A DNA stretch of 63,751 nucleotides, the filler included, from Intoshia linei (Eukaryota; Animalia; Orthonectida), in assembly GCA_001642005.1 (NCBI GenBank). It is 5 parts of 5 records of this genome, joined end to end, with 100 filler letters (N's around TTAATTAATTAA, not from the genome) between each part and the next. Parts side by side here need not be neighbours in the genome. Positions count along the whole stretch, not along the records: positions 22,853 to 48,839 come from LWCA01000482.1; 4 more parts are not named here. One strand, 5' to 3'. The notes beneath the pieces are model-generated. The model made no database searches. It was not told the DNA's origin and saw nothing but the letters and a program-made list of their open reading frames with translations. This document shows, piece after piece, positions 27,101 through 40,990 of the stretch. A program made the position numbers and the translations under genes. How positions within the stretch are numbered: position 1 is the first letter of the stretch; every line of letters starts with the position of its first letter.

Positions 27101-28085
27101 TTTTTTCGATATTTTTTGTTAAACTTTGAAAATCCTTTTCGAATTTTTCTTGAGTATAATCAAAAGAAAACTTTTCAATAGAAATTAGATTTTCATTTTC
27201 AGAGTTTGATTCCTTATATTTTCTTATATCTGCAATCAAATTTGCAATTTTTGCATTTAAAGAATTATTTAAAATGTCATAATCATTAATAAAACATTGG
27301 TATTCATTAATGGTACATTCCAAACCGTCACATTTTTCATTGCTAATTTTTTCCAATTTCTCAATTTGAAGAATATTGTCCATTAAAGTTTTTTTAAAAG
27401 CGACAACTTGATTAATATTTGTAGTGTATTTTAAAATTTCATTAGTTAAATCCTTTATTAATTTCCGAAATAACTTTTTTTCCGATAATAGTGTTTCTTT
27501 TTGCTCTGATATATAAGCTGAAATATCATGGCAATCAAAATTTAACGAATTGGCTTGTTCTTTCAACTCATTAAGAGTAATGACATGTTCAGATTTAGTT
27601 GATAAAATTGAATTGTAATTATTTATTATTTTTTCGTTGTATATATACAATTCTTCATTATCATTAGATAATTTTTTATTATCTTTAATTAGTCTTGATA
27701 GATTATCTCGGTTTAGGTCGTATAATTTATCGTAATCTAGAATACATTTTTTGAGAGATAAAATGGTGTTTTTATTTAATTTATCACACTTCAGTATAGC
27801 ACCTTCAATTTCATTTTTTATTTTTTGTGGCAATGTTTCTAGATATTTACGAATGCGACCAATTTTTATATTTTGACATTCCAAATTTTCTCGTACTTTC
27901 GCTCTTTCTATTGATAGTCCATTAAATATATTTTCTAATGTATTAATCAATTCTACATCATTTTTGCTAATTTCAGGCCATTTTTTGCAAGTTAAAAATT
28001 TGTTTTTTAATTTTTCTAAATCTGCCAATGCCAATTCCAAATCTGGGAATTCCAGATATATTGTATTTGAGGAAACGCTAGACAT
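24162..28085 (-). CDS. CCDC175: CCDC175-like long coiled-coil protein (~741 aa, 3 exons)
   Basis: Exons 28085-26977, 25849-25610 and 25038-24162 join in phase. RAKVRENLECQNIKIGRIRKYLETLPQKIKNEIEGAI resembles human CCDC175 [37 protein letters not shown] (recalled, not searched). Confidence 0.7.
25059..25571. mobile_element. Helitron composite with two 3' termini facing outward (CCDC175 intron 2)
   Basis: Left end CTAGTTTGACTGTTATGTACTACGTACAAACAG (3' end on -); right end CTGTTTGTAAGTAGCTAAAAACAGCCTAGCTAG (3' end on +). Confidence 0.75.
25870..26960. mobile_element. Mosaic of Helitron fragments filling CCDC175 intron 1
   Basis: 5' ends on - at ~26137 and ~26470, + strand subterminal sequence at 26480-26650, and a degenerate - strand 3' end at 26763-26957. 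Confidence 0.65.
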
Positions 28086-28388
28086 TTTATATTTAATTGT
28101 GGAATAACGTTTATGTTGTTGTTTAGTTTGTTTATTATATCTAAGAAGAAATTAACAACACATGCATACCAATTGTAGAATGTTTTGATATTCAAAAATC
28201 AATATTTTGAAGGATAAGGCATAGCTAGGTGCTGTTTGTACTTAGTACAAAACAGCCAAGCTAGTTAGTTATATTTTTATAAAAGAAAATAAATTTTTTT
28301 TCTAAAAAACAATGAAATCAATATGATTTGTACGCTATGATAAATTTTAAAAGTCCGCTATCATAAATTATATATTCAATACATTATA

Positions 28389-29169
28389 CAGTAAACACTC
28401 GAAAAGTGACCACTTTTTCCACTAAAGTTAAAATCATGACATCACTATAGTTACAAATTCTTTAAAATACAGTATTCATTTTAACAATAACTAAAACAGA
28501 AGCTGATTGATTAATCGACTAAAATTATTAATTACGTTTGTAATGATAATATCATTATACTAAACTTTAACCAAAACAGTTATCATTGTAAATATTGTTA
28601 TTAACTGAACATAAAGTTCGTTAATATCAATTTAAACCTTATTGTAGACATTTATTATCGTAATCAGAAACATAGTTTGTAATTTACTGATTAAACGTCT
28701 TCATTTTCACTACAACGTTGACCACCACCTTGAAAATATATTAAAAATAAGACGAGAAATTTCTAAGCTAATTTATATATTATTTGTCTATGATACAAAA
28801 ATATTTCAGAGTGGTTTTATTTGAAACACTTGAGGACTGTATCATTTTGCTTTCTAATAAAAATATGTCTTCTAGATTCTTTGGACAATGTTTTGCATAA
28901 CTTCTAAGATTATTAAATATTGCATGGATTCCATCATTTCCTAATTCTTCAAAATCTTCCAATTCTTTATTTTTTGCTATATTGATATTGTCAATAACGT
29001 CATTAATTTGATGTTCAATAAAATTGACATATTTTAATATATATTTTTGGTCACTATTTCGAAGAGAAATTTATTTATATTAGTATGGATTTGTTATATT
29101 GTCTTAAAAAGTGGTCACTTTTGGGAGGTGGTCACCTATACGAAGTGGTCACTTTTCGAGTGTCTACTG
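28389..29169 (-). mobile_element. pogo/Tigger-family deletion derivative; contains ORF 28780-28962 (transposase tail)
   Basis: TIR CAGTAAACACTCGAAAAGTGACCACTT / AAGTGGTCACTTTTCGAGTGTCTACTG, TA on both sides, three subterminal GTGGTCAC repeats; acidic tail ending TTLKYF as in Tigger transposases. Confidence 0.85.
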
Positions 29170-29290
29170 TATATAGAAAGTATATAAATTGAACTACACA
29201 TTGTTATCGTAAATGACGTTATGGTAAGTCTTCACTGTATATGAACGAATATTCACGACATATGACGGAAAATAAACTATATAAATATAT

Positions 29291-31599
29291 TTATTTAATT
29301 ACAACTTTTTTAGATCTACAAAATACAAAAAACACACATACCACAATAATAAATATTAAAAATATAAAAACAAGCTTTCCGCATTCTCTGTAATCTTTAT
29401 TTATATGAAAATCCTAAATTAAAAAATATACAAACAAAACAATTAATAACTATTATTCAATTCAATATTTACTTATATAAAGTAAAATTATTTAAAATTT
29501 CGCTTAACCTGAAAACTACACATGGCTCAACAGTGCGCAGCGATTAAGAATCACTCAATTATATTATAAACGTATTCTCTCTAATTAAATTTAATTAAGA
29601 AAATGGGATCAGAACATTAAATTGAAATTTAAAATTAATTAATTAATTAGTTTTTAAAATTCTTTACTCAAATTTTAACGAATTAAAATTAAGTGGTAAT
29701 AATTCAGTTTAAATTAAAGCTAATTTGAAATTACACGTCCATTAGGGTGTCAAATCAAATCTGACAATCTGATGACTAATTTTGAAAATGGCTCATTAAC
29801 GAATGTGCGTTGATCGTTCATCAATTAAGTAATTAACAAAAAATAGCTAAATTTAAGTTTATTTTCATGTTTTTCTTAATTTTTTTTGCAAAAACTGAAA
29901 TTCCGTTTAGTTTATGGAGAACAATTAAAATTTTTTGTATATTTTAATACTACTCGTTCAGCAGCATAATTTACGATCGATTATTCTATAATAACGAAAA
30001 TATTTTTTTTATAATTATAATTAATATGATCATTTTGTTTTGGGTTTTTAAACAATGTTTGTAATAATAAATAAATGTAGGAACTTTTTCTAACTTTTTG
30101 AAAATGTTAATCTAATTTTATAAGAAACTTTATAATAGTAATAATACAACCAAAATTTTATGTATCTTATCCTATTAATATGCCAATAAAATAAATGATT
30201 TTATAAATTTTAAAATATATTATTCTATACGATTACGTAATTATTGAAAGTATTTTTTAACTTAGTGCAAAACGTTAATGCGGATTAAAAATAATATAGA
30301 TACACATAAATTGTCGTATATAAGCCTACTCCATAATAAATTTTATCATGTTGATATATTAACATTATGGAACGTTATGTAAACGAAATAAATTATAAAT
30401 TTGTATGTTCGTTTAGTTTTGATCGGTTTGAAAGTCACATGACTATATTATATATTTAGATATTATATTAAATAATATATTTACATTAAAATTGGAAAAT
30501 TTAATCGACTGCAATTTTCGCGTTACTTCATTAATTTTTTTTGAAATATAACTATTTTCTTTTCCAATCTTTTCAATTTTTTTGTGAATTGGATGTACTT
30601 CCTTTTTTTTATTTGAAAAATTGAGATTTTGTTTTGTTTTAATATTTTTAGCAGTAACAACATCAAACATATTTAACATTTTATCAACTATTTGAACAAC
30701 TATTTCTTTATCTTTTGATTTAACCTCTTTTAAATCAACTGGAAGCTTTGTCCCCATTTGATGTGCAAGTAAATTTGTGAATATTGTCTGCATTATACTG
30801 TCACTTTTTTGAAGCTTTTTTTCTTTGGTTAATGATTTAGAATCTTTATCATTTGAATTGATATTATCTGAATATTAATAAATTAATTTGTTAATTACGT
30901 CATTCAATTTTAAAATAATGTAAAAGTAGAGAACATGATTATAAGATTATATTATATTAACACTAGAGTGTATGTCCAGTTACATGCAACATGTAACTAG
31001 TCAAAGCGTTATAATTGTAATAGAAAAATACAGAATATACTAAATACTAAATATATAAAGTAGATTTTTACTTGAATAAAGTTAATCTTCAACATATAGT
31101 TGATTTTTAATTTATAAACTTTATTAATGTTTATCTCTTTATTTTATTCTATAAAACTAAACTTATTGCTATACTATTGTATATTCTCAAATCGTAAAGT
31201 CGTTTTTTCAAAATACAAGTAAGTATAATTTTCTTGGTTATTGATAACTAGCTTGACTATTATTGAAAATATTTTTTGATTTGAATTAAAACTGCGTCAT
31301 TTGCAGAGTTATGTACTTTTTTTGCGATATATATAGAAGTCAAAGTAGTCGTTATAATTACATAAATAGGTAATAAATTACGATTTTTTCTATAAAAATA
31401 AAAATTAAATAATTATAATTCAGAACATTTATTCAGAAATGACAATAAACTGATTAAATTTGTTAAATATACAGTATAATTAAAAATGATTCAAGGTAGT
31501 TGTAATAAAATAATAGAAAATAAATTACGCATCTTCTATTTTGGCCCAGCACACCCCGACAAATGTAAAAAATAAAAAAAATTTGATGGTGCTGTACAT
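29291..31599 (-). CDS. Orphan type I membrane protein (signal peptide, Lys-rich/coiled-coil ectodomain, C-terminal TM helix)
   Basis: Exon 1 31599-31529 MYSTIKFFLFFTFVGVCWA/KIEDA; possible 8-nt microexon 31389-31382; exon 30867-30485; last exon 29413-29291 DFHINKDYRECGKLVFIFLIFIIVVCVFFVFCRSKKVVIK*. All GT-AG and in phase. Confidence 0.6.
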
Positions 31600-31707
31600 T
31601 TTGTAAAATCAAATAATGAAATAAAAATATATAAAACAAATATTTGTATTAGGAAGTTTATTAATGTAAATACCAATCAGTATAAAATATATCGTAATAT
31701 ACTGTAA

Positions 31708-33055
31708 CTAGGTTAACTGTTATGTACTACGTACAAACAGGACCTAGCTTTGCCGAGGGCACATTTTTATTATTCCAAAAAATTAAATTCACGTTGAAAA
31801 TCTAACTTAAAAATCTTACTATTCACTATTACCAATCCTTTAAAGAAGTGTCTCCCAAATTTGTTTCAGGTGGAACCGTCATATCACATTACTTTTTACT
31901 TTAAAGTGAATTATTTCATCTTAATTTTTTGTTCGTTAACATTTGCGTAAACAATTTTAAACAATTGTTATCTCATTTTTTTAATTTATTAGACAGAATG
32001 TGTGTATAATATTAAAAATAAAGTAAAAACAGTCCAATCCTAAAAATTGTCATAAATAGCATAAATTCCAAAAAAATAAAATTAGTCCAATACTAAAAAT
32101 TGTCATAAAGGTGTGAGTTTTGGAAATTGAAATTTATATTATTATATGAAAAAGTTGTCATAAATAGCATAAATTCCAGAAAAAATAAAATCATAAAAAC
32201 ATATTTGGTCATTTTCAATGTGATAATATATATTCAGTACCAATTTAATAAATACTTAAAAATACCAATTATGTATCAATAATTAACTGAATCTTACTTT
32301 ATAAACATATTTCAGTCGAATTTTACCAATATTGCAAAGGATTGTAATAAAAATAAAAATGATATTAACAAAGTTGTACTAGTTTTAGTTTCGTTGTAGT
32401 TTCTATTCAAAATGTTTTGAAAATGAAAATTTGAAATTTAAAAATTCCGAAGAAATGAATTATGTAGATTTTCACCCATATTTCTTTATTGGAAATGTGT
32501 ACACGTTCTGTAGTAAATACGTTTATTAATTAATTAAGCTAAAATAAGTTATATACTATTTACAAGTTAAATACATTATTCGAAAGATTCTTGAGTGATA
32601 GCTCGTTTATATTTATAGTAGAATAAGATAAGTTTAGTTAGTATCTGTGACGATACTACACGTTCAATGCACATTTTTTTTTTAAATTGTAGGATCAATA
32701 TTTACATTTTCAATTTTTATTTTAATGGAAATATTTGAAAAATATTGGTTGAATAAATTAAAAATTATTTTTCATGGGGAATGCATAGATTTCTCGGTTT
32801 GAACTATTGTATTTATATCAACTGGAATAAGCTCTATCAGAATAATATTTTTTATTAATTTTCGGACAGTTAATTATTTCACATTTTTTGTTATAATAAA
32901 ATAATTCAGAAAAATAATATATGAATACTAAAATGCTTTTTTGACCGTGAAGTCATCACTTATTCGGATTTAAGCTTTGTGTGTGTGTTAACAGGATACA
33001 ACTGTACTATCTGTAAATTTTTTTAAATTCTAGGGCTATTTTCATAAAAAAAAGA
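31708..33055 (-). mobile_element. Long non-autonomous Helitron (5' end lost)
   Basis: CTAG + hairpin 3' end at 31708, a ~53-bp minisatellite at 32036-32190, then ~130-bp unit sequence to ~33050. Confidence 0.8.
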
Positions 33056-35049
33056 CAAGTTAGACGCCCTAATTGAATGCATTCTTTCAATAATTTTCGA
33101 CTTAATTTCAAAGGGAGGTGGAATGACTCCCTATTAAGCATATCATTTAATATATTTAATAAATTATTATTTATTCAATGTAATTAAAATGTTATAGATC
33201 ATCATTGTCACTCTTATTCATAACTATTTTTTTCTTGGTGATTTTAAAAAAAATTTATTTGTTATATCAAAAGTTTAAATATTATATTTTCAACAACATA
33301 CAAAGGTGCGCTTATATTCTAAAAATTAATTATCAATCAAGTTTCGTTTTTTTTAGTTTTGTCACCGAATTTTGTTTGGACAAAGTAGATAACAGTTAAG
33401 TTAGTTACTTTATCTAAAAAAAAAATAATTAGCTAGATATTCTAATAAATATGATTAAAACTTCAAATTAAAAATAATAGAAAAATTTATTATTAATTAA
33501 ATATTTAATCGATCTATATTATATTTATTTTAGTTAATATCAATCTTCTCATTTCATTATCATTTTCCAATCTAAATAATTGTGAATAAATTATATTATA
33601 CTACTTATCAGTGTTACTTAACAGTTTTTTCTACATTCCCATATTATAGTACTTATTTTGAAAATTAACCACAATATTTTTTTAACTGCATATTAGATGG
33701 TTTGGTTTTTAGAATAAGAGCCATACAGATTTTTTAATAATTTAATTAAAATTTTTAAAAAACTAATTTTACAAAATAGTAAAATAATTACTAATTTTTT
33801 TTGGAAAAGTAGGAAGAATATTTAAATTTTTATTTTTCAAAAACGAAGTAAATTTTGTTTTTGCAGGTAAAGATCAAATTTCTGAAAGTGAACATATCTT
33901 AATAGTTGTGATAGAAAAACACTGACTTCTAATTTTTATTTTTAACTTTCTGGAACGGTCGCGACAAATCGGCTTAAGATAAAAACCATTTATATTTTTA
34001 TTTATGTATAAGCCATGCTATAATCAAAATAATACTTTTTGGATAATAATAAAATAGTTTTCCAATAAAAAAAAATTAATACTACACCGTTTTTTTACCG
34101 TAAAGGCGTTACTTTGTCAGATTGAAACTTTTGGTATGTTAACTGGATATAGCTGCATCAACTGTAATTATTTTTAAATTCTATGGCTATTTTAATTTTT
34201 AAAAAAAAGGATAATATGTAGTTTTTATTGTGAAAATGCACGTTTTCAAGGTTGCCATTTATTATAATGCTTATGATTTTAATAAATATTCCAGAACTTA
34301 TGTTACTCATTATACATATTTATATTGAAAACTTTTTTCCTTTGCAACCTTTTTAAAATTTTTAAGTATTATGAAATTTCAAAATTGTGAAACACCCTAT
34401 TGTACACTATACATTTTATACTATACTGCTATTATGTTTCCCATTTTTTGTCTCGAAGATTATCGATACTTGAAATTTTAATATATTACATTTAATATAT
34501 CTCAAAATTTTAAAAATTTACATTCTGTATCATTAATATAGATTAATAATTTATATTTTTTAGAATACAGAATTATATTAAATATTTTAATTAATAATAA
34601 TTTAAATATTGTTATGTTGTTTCGTAAACATACACATTAAGTCTGAGAATGAATTTTAATATGAACGACATTAAATTAATAAACAGAATTGAACTTTATT
34701 TTCCAAACTTCATTCAAGTTTAAAAAATAATGCTGTAATATGATTTTTATTCAAAATTTTTCAGGTAACAATTAAAATAAATTAAATTTTAAGGTTTTAA
34801 ATTATATTTATATTTATAATAACTAATGGATTGGGATGGGCAGACTTTTTCAAAATTTAAGCTTAATTAACTATACCACCACTCTTAACTGTATATTTGT
34901 CACCCTGTAGTATCCTGTATTTTTGATTTAAAAAAAGTTAACACCCTAATGTAATATGTTTCTAATTAACTGTATTATTTTACTATCTACATAAAATAAA
35001 ATAAATAATATATTGATATAGATGTTATCATGTATATTATTTAATATAT

Positions 35050-38000
35050 AATATATAAATATTAAGGTGTTCCAAAAAGGCATTTTTTTATAAGATCGAA
35101 AAGTATGTTTCAGTATCGTAATTATTGGTGATTCTAAGAGAGTATCTCGTATATTTGCGCATAATTTTGTCATTTAACAGGCAGACGAAGGTTAGTGTTT
35201 GTAAGAAAATTTTTTGAACTTAGGTTTATTTTTCCATAATTTTATTATTTTTGCTAACTAAAATGCCTAAATGGTAAATGAATGTTAAAATCATATTACA
35301 TTTTAACCTATTTACTCAATAAAAAAATTTCGAAAAAAATAAGAAACGGATTATATCAACAGGGGTGTCAATTATGCGGCTTATTAGATTTTAATGAATT
35401 TTATTTTTTAGTAATTTTGTATCGTACAACTGAAGAATACAATTTTTCTGTAAATTTGACATCTTACATCTAACATGACACATGACATGATACTTTAACT
35501 GTAAATTCTATATTATGAAAAAATTACGAACTAAATTAAAATAATAACAATAAAGTGACAAATACAAATTATGAAATAACGCCTATTACAATAGTCAACT
35601 TTTATTATTTTATTTTATTGAATTAAATGCATGCAAATGTATATACAAATGTACGAAATTAACAAAATGAAAAATCCGGTTCAGTGATTTTGTTAGACTA
35701 AAGCCTAATCTAAATATGGTAGATAAATTAATAAAATATAATATATGCCTGTGCATTAGTTTCACATTTTGTATGAACTCGTAAAGTGAAACTTTATGCA
35801 CGATACATGTTTATGACTATTTTGCACTTAAAAACAATGTTTCAGACAACAAACAGTGAAATTTTCAAGTTTTTTTTTATTAGATAGAAAATAATTTTGC
35901 ATGTGGATGGTTTTTTTGATTTTAAGCATTTATCACCCAAAAAAATGAAATCAGTTAATATTTACCACCCTCAAATATTATAGAAAGTGATACAAAAATG
36001 TTAGGATAAATTTCAAATATAAATTTATTTTATGTATAATCAGGTTTATCTTTGTTTCTATCGATAATTATGTTGGTAATTCCCTTTGTGTATTTATCAT
36101 GCTTTGTATACCATTTGGTTTTTTTAAATTCATTTCTAGCTCATTTATTTATGTTTTTAATGATGTTTGAATTCCCCACAATTAACCCCAAAAATTATAC
36201 ATAAAATTTATTTAAAAAAACAAAATTGTTCACAAACTATGATAAACACATCAAAGATATTACCAACATATATATCCATAAAAACATAATTAAAGCTGAT
36301 AATACAAAAATAACTAATATAATAATAAATAATAAAATAAAGTTATATTTTAAATTTAAGAAAGATAAGAAATCTTCTCTTTTTGTTATCAAGAATGCGT
36401 AATAAACGCAACATCTGACAACACTGGATTAATTCTCTCTCCTATTAGTGTTATTTGAAGATTTTTGCGAAGCAACACAAAGTCAAGACAGTCACTTATA
36501 TCATTTTTTATGTATTTATTAACTAATTATTTATGTAAATATAAATATTTACCGTATTTATTTATTATTATTTTAACATGTCCTTTAACATTACCTTTTA
36601 TTAATCAACTAATCGGGCTTTACTGCCATTGGATATTTTTTAAAATATTTTTTATTTCAAAATTCTATTGTATGTGTCAAATATTTTATCTAATATTTAT
36701 TTTTTAATTTAAGTGTTATTTTTTGCAGTTGTCATCAGAAAAAAATATAATCTTTTTTTAGACTGTAGTATCAATGAGTAAATGAGCTTTGCAGTCGAAT
36801 TGATGGAAATTATGTGCAAATTTTCTCCAAGATGTTGCGAACTTTAAATAAAAATCTTTACTTATATTTAAACTTTAAATATCAATTTAGCGATTAATCT
36901 CAATCTTAAATTAAGTTTAGTTAATCTGACATTATGATGTTTAAATTTTTATTATTGATTATAAGAATTAGAATTAATTATGATGTTTTTAATTGATATC
37001 AAAAAATGAAATTAAATTGTCTATTTATGTGATATTACTATCTAAACAGGTATAACATTACATTAATAATGGATACGTTTTTATAATGAAATTTAATGCT
37101 ATAATACATAATGATTAAATAACATACTCTTCCCTAATATAAAAATTTTTATTATTAGTCATAAATTACATTAGACAACACCAAAAATTGAGTCATTGAA
37201 AATATTAATTAAAATAATCACACTTATTAAATTATCCAAATATATAATACAAGTTGATAGATTTTAGAAAATTTAAGAAAAAACTAAATTAATCGAATTA
37301 TTATATCTTTCTATAGAATATTATTAATTTTTTTCATTATTTTGTTAATATTTTCACCATAATTTTAAATATTAAAAATGGAATTCTATTCCGATAAATA
37401 TTGTTACATTAGTGATATATGTTTAAATTTACTCGAAGTTATAATATTTCAATTAAGTTTTTAGTGATAAAACACAAATATACTTGTCAAATATTTTTAT
37501 ATAAACAAATCTCACGATTTTCATGTGCAAGAATATGGAAACAACCATTTAATAATATTGATGATTGTTATTTTTCATGATATGAAATAATATATTATAA
37601 TTAGGGCAGTTTTTTATGGCAAAATGGCATTTTCTATATGACAATAAGCACGAAATTACAAGCATGATGATATCAACAGTATGTTTATTAATTAGCTAAT
37701 TAACAATTTATAAAGTTAATAAATGCCATAAAGTCAATATTTTTTTTAAAGGATATTCGACTTAAAAAAATGATATTTATGATATAGTGAACAATAAAAT
37801 TGAACAAGTACCACCTTATCTATAAAATTTATTAAGAAAAGCGCCATCTACCACAAATAGTGTTGAACGGAGTTTCAGTTTGTTAAAAAAATTGCTAACT
37901 GAACAGGCAATTTTTACCAAATAATGTTAAGATGTATATTGTTATACTACAATAAACATTAATAATTTTCAACATCTCTAATCACAAAATGAGATTTAAA

Positions 38001-38292
38001 TTGTTTGTTTCATTAGGAACAATACTATTAAAATACTATAATATATATAAATATATAATACAATGAACGTTACTGATGGTAATATAATGTCGACACATCA
38101 CGGATCGAGACAATGTGCACTTTCTAATGTATATATACAACATAATAATTTAATATTCATGTTAATCTTATTATACATACTAATGTATATCACAATGTAA
38201 ACATAATAATGGATGCGATAGGATATAGTTATGTACCTACAGTTGATATAATGTATTGATGGTTCAACTCTGAGTTTGAAAGCCGTTCTCAT
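35050..38292 (-). CDS. Possible unresolved multi-exon orphan gene
   Basis: Exon-like, GC-elevated islands with GT-AG borders (MRTAFKLRVEPSIHYINCR|KCTLSRSVMCRHYITI|NFYLKFATSWRKFAHNFHQFDCKAHLL...). No family recognised and the chain is not fully phase-resolved. Confidence 0.25.
37602..37960 (+). pseudogene. hAT-like transposase C-terminal relic
   Basis: KAPSTTNSVERSFSLLKKLL motif; TAGGGCAG-type left end. Confidence 0.55.
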
Positions 38293-38701
38293 AGATACAT
38301 ATGACTATCTAAAAATGTATTTAATCAATCTGCGATATTTCCTAAATAATTCGTCAATCGAGATTGATAAACCATATTATCAAATAAAATTACATCACAT
38401 TTAATAGGTCAATTTAGATATTAACATAATTGATGTAATTATTTATGTTAATATGCAATATAAATACATATATACTGTATGTAATTAAACATATTACCGA
38501 CTATATTTATTATATTTAATTATATTATATATATAAATATTACACGGCACAACATTTTAAGTATTTGTAAAAGTTTTTGGCTAACATTTATTATTTTGTG
38601 AAAGAGTGAATCGAAAAAATCATTGTAAAAATTAGAAAAAAATTTGACTTGTAGTTACTTAAATTTATGAATTAATTTTAAAACTTTTTTTTATATTTAT
38701 A

Positions 38702-39070
38702 CTAGCTTGACTGTTATGTACTTCGTTCAAACAGCATTTTAGCTTTGCTGTTTGTTCTGATATTTTATTCTACCAGAAAAATAAATTTTATAAGAAAATT
38801 GTAAAAACATATTTTGTCATTTTCAATGTGATGACATATATTCAGTACCAATTTAATAAATACTTACATATACTATATATCTATCAATAATTAACGGAAT
38901 CAGCACTTTATAAACATATTTCAGATAAATTTTACCAATATTGCAAAGGATTGAAATAAATATAAAAATGATAATAACAAAGTTGTATTACTTTTAGTAA
39001 TCGTTGTTGTTTTAATTTAAATTTTAAACAAAATGTTTTGAAAAGGAAAATTTCAGTATGAAAAATTTTT
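38702..39070 (-). mobile_element. Helitron 3' fragment
   Basis: CTAGCTTGACTGTTATGTACTTCGTTCAAACAG, followed by sequence shared with 32195-32440. Confidence 0.75.
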
Positions 39071-40289
39071 TTTATAATTTTAAATTTGTTACATATATTT
39101 AAATACTAAAAATATAATAACATTGTTTAAATAAGGATTTAACCTTCAAATCTCATAAAAACTAAAGGGTTTCCCTAAAACACATTTTGTTAAGAGTTTT
39201 GGGATGAAATATTAACAGATTTATTAACGAATGAAGGTACTAGTTAATGTAACCAAAATATATAACTTTGTGAATTGTACATTTTATTTTATTTAAGTTT
39301 TAGTAAATATGCGGCAAAATACATTTCTTTAGATTTAATCCTTAATGAAGTACATTTCATGATGGAGTAATTTTTTATGTTTTTTATAAGACACATATAA
39401 CACATTAAACCACAATTCTTTGATTTTTAACAATATTGATTCGAACGATACTGTAGTAATAAAAATAATTGAAATTGTAATTATCTCATTAAACACTATA
39501 ATTTTTGTTATTTTTTTCTTAGATGTGGAGATATAATCTTAAATATTAATAAAATATGGTTTAAGCCCAAAGTGTTGTGCAGTGTTATGTTATATATTAT
39601 AATCAAATGTAATTACTTCCTATTTCATGGTTTATTATAATTAAATAATTCTTCAATTTAAAGTATTCGTTATTGATTATTAATATTAAATTTTTTAAAC
39701 ATTGAAAATAAAAATCAATATTATTATTACCATCTATATTAAATTTAAATTGTAATATTTACATCTTTATAAAATTTATTATCAGTCTCCACCAGTCGTG
39801 GATATCTTCTTTAATCAAACGGTCTGGGAAGTTTTAAGAATACAAATTACAAAATTATTAAAGATATATTTGTTTTTTGTCATTCTAATAATTTAATAAT
39901 ACAATTAATTGATTCATGTATCACATAACCACTTATAAACCTGATAATATTGTATAAAATTAACAATAAATTAATCTAAAGTTTTCATAATCTTATAAAT
40001 TTGTAATATTTCCCAAGCCCCACCAAATTTCCAATATCCCACCAAAAATTTCGTCATGCCCACCAATGGGGCCTGACCCCACGATTGGGAAACACGGGTC
40101 TAACTTGAATGAAATCGACCCTCTGTAACGTGAACTTTGAAACACTAAGAATGAAAAAATAATAATTGTTGTTTACAAGTTATAGATTACCATAAAACAA
40201 ATAAATGCATGGTGAAAATTCAATGTGAACAATGAAAATGATTCATCCAAATTAAAGTCAAGTTCTAATTGATATTATAAAATTATGCA

Positions 40290-40990
40290 CATTCTTTACT
40301 TGTTTGTGTGTGTAACCATTTATTGAAAAAATTGACGGTCGCAAAATTTAAAAAAGCGCAACTCTAATACTGTTTTTCCCAGAGCATGTTATGTATTTTT
40401 TAGTTTAAGAATTTGAGTCCTTCATGGTCAAAACCCCAAATTACCCTTTGTTTTAAAAATGAAACATGTCCTAAAATTCTTAAAAACATAGATTCTGGGA
40501 TAGTTTTTAAAATCATCAAAATTTTCATTAATGGAAACCTCAAAAAAATACTTTTAACGATCAAAACTATTAAAATTTTACCATTTTTTTTTTAAATGAA
40601 AACAACCCTAGAATTTAATAAAAATTACGAATAGTACAGTTGTTTCCGGTTAAGACATACAAAAAATTTATATCGGAATAAGTGGTCAAACAAGTACTTT
40701 AATATTCATTTTTTATCTCAAAACTAATTTATTAACAAAAAATTTGAAATAATTAAATGTCCTACAATTAAAAAGAAAAAGATTATTCTGATATTGCTTA
40801 TTCCATTTGATAAATACAAAATTTCAACCCCAGAAATCTACGCATTCCAGTGAAAAATAATTTTTAATATATTATCAACCAATAATTTTCAAATAAAAAT
40901 TGAAAATGTAAATATTAATCCTACAATTTAAAAAAAAATGTGCATTGAACGTCTACACATTTACAATAAATAAATATGAGTGAAAATATA
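40290..40990 (+). mobile_element. Helitron fragment
   Basis: Degenerate 5' end plus periodic internal units in + orientation. Confidence 0.7.
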
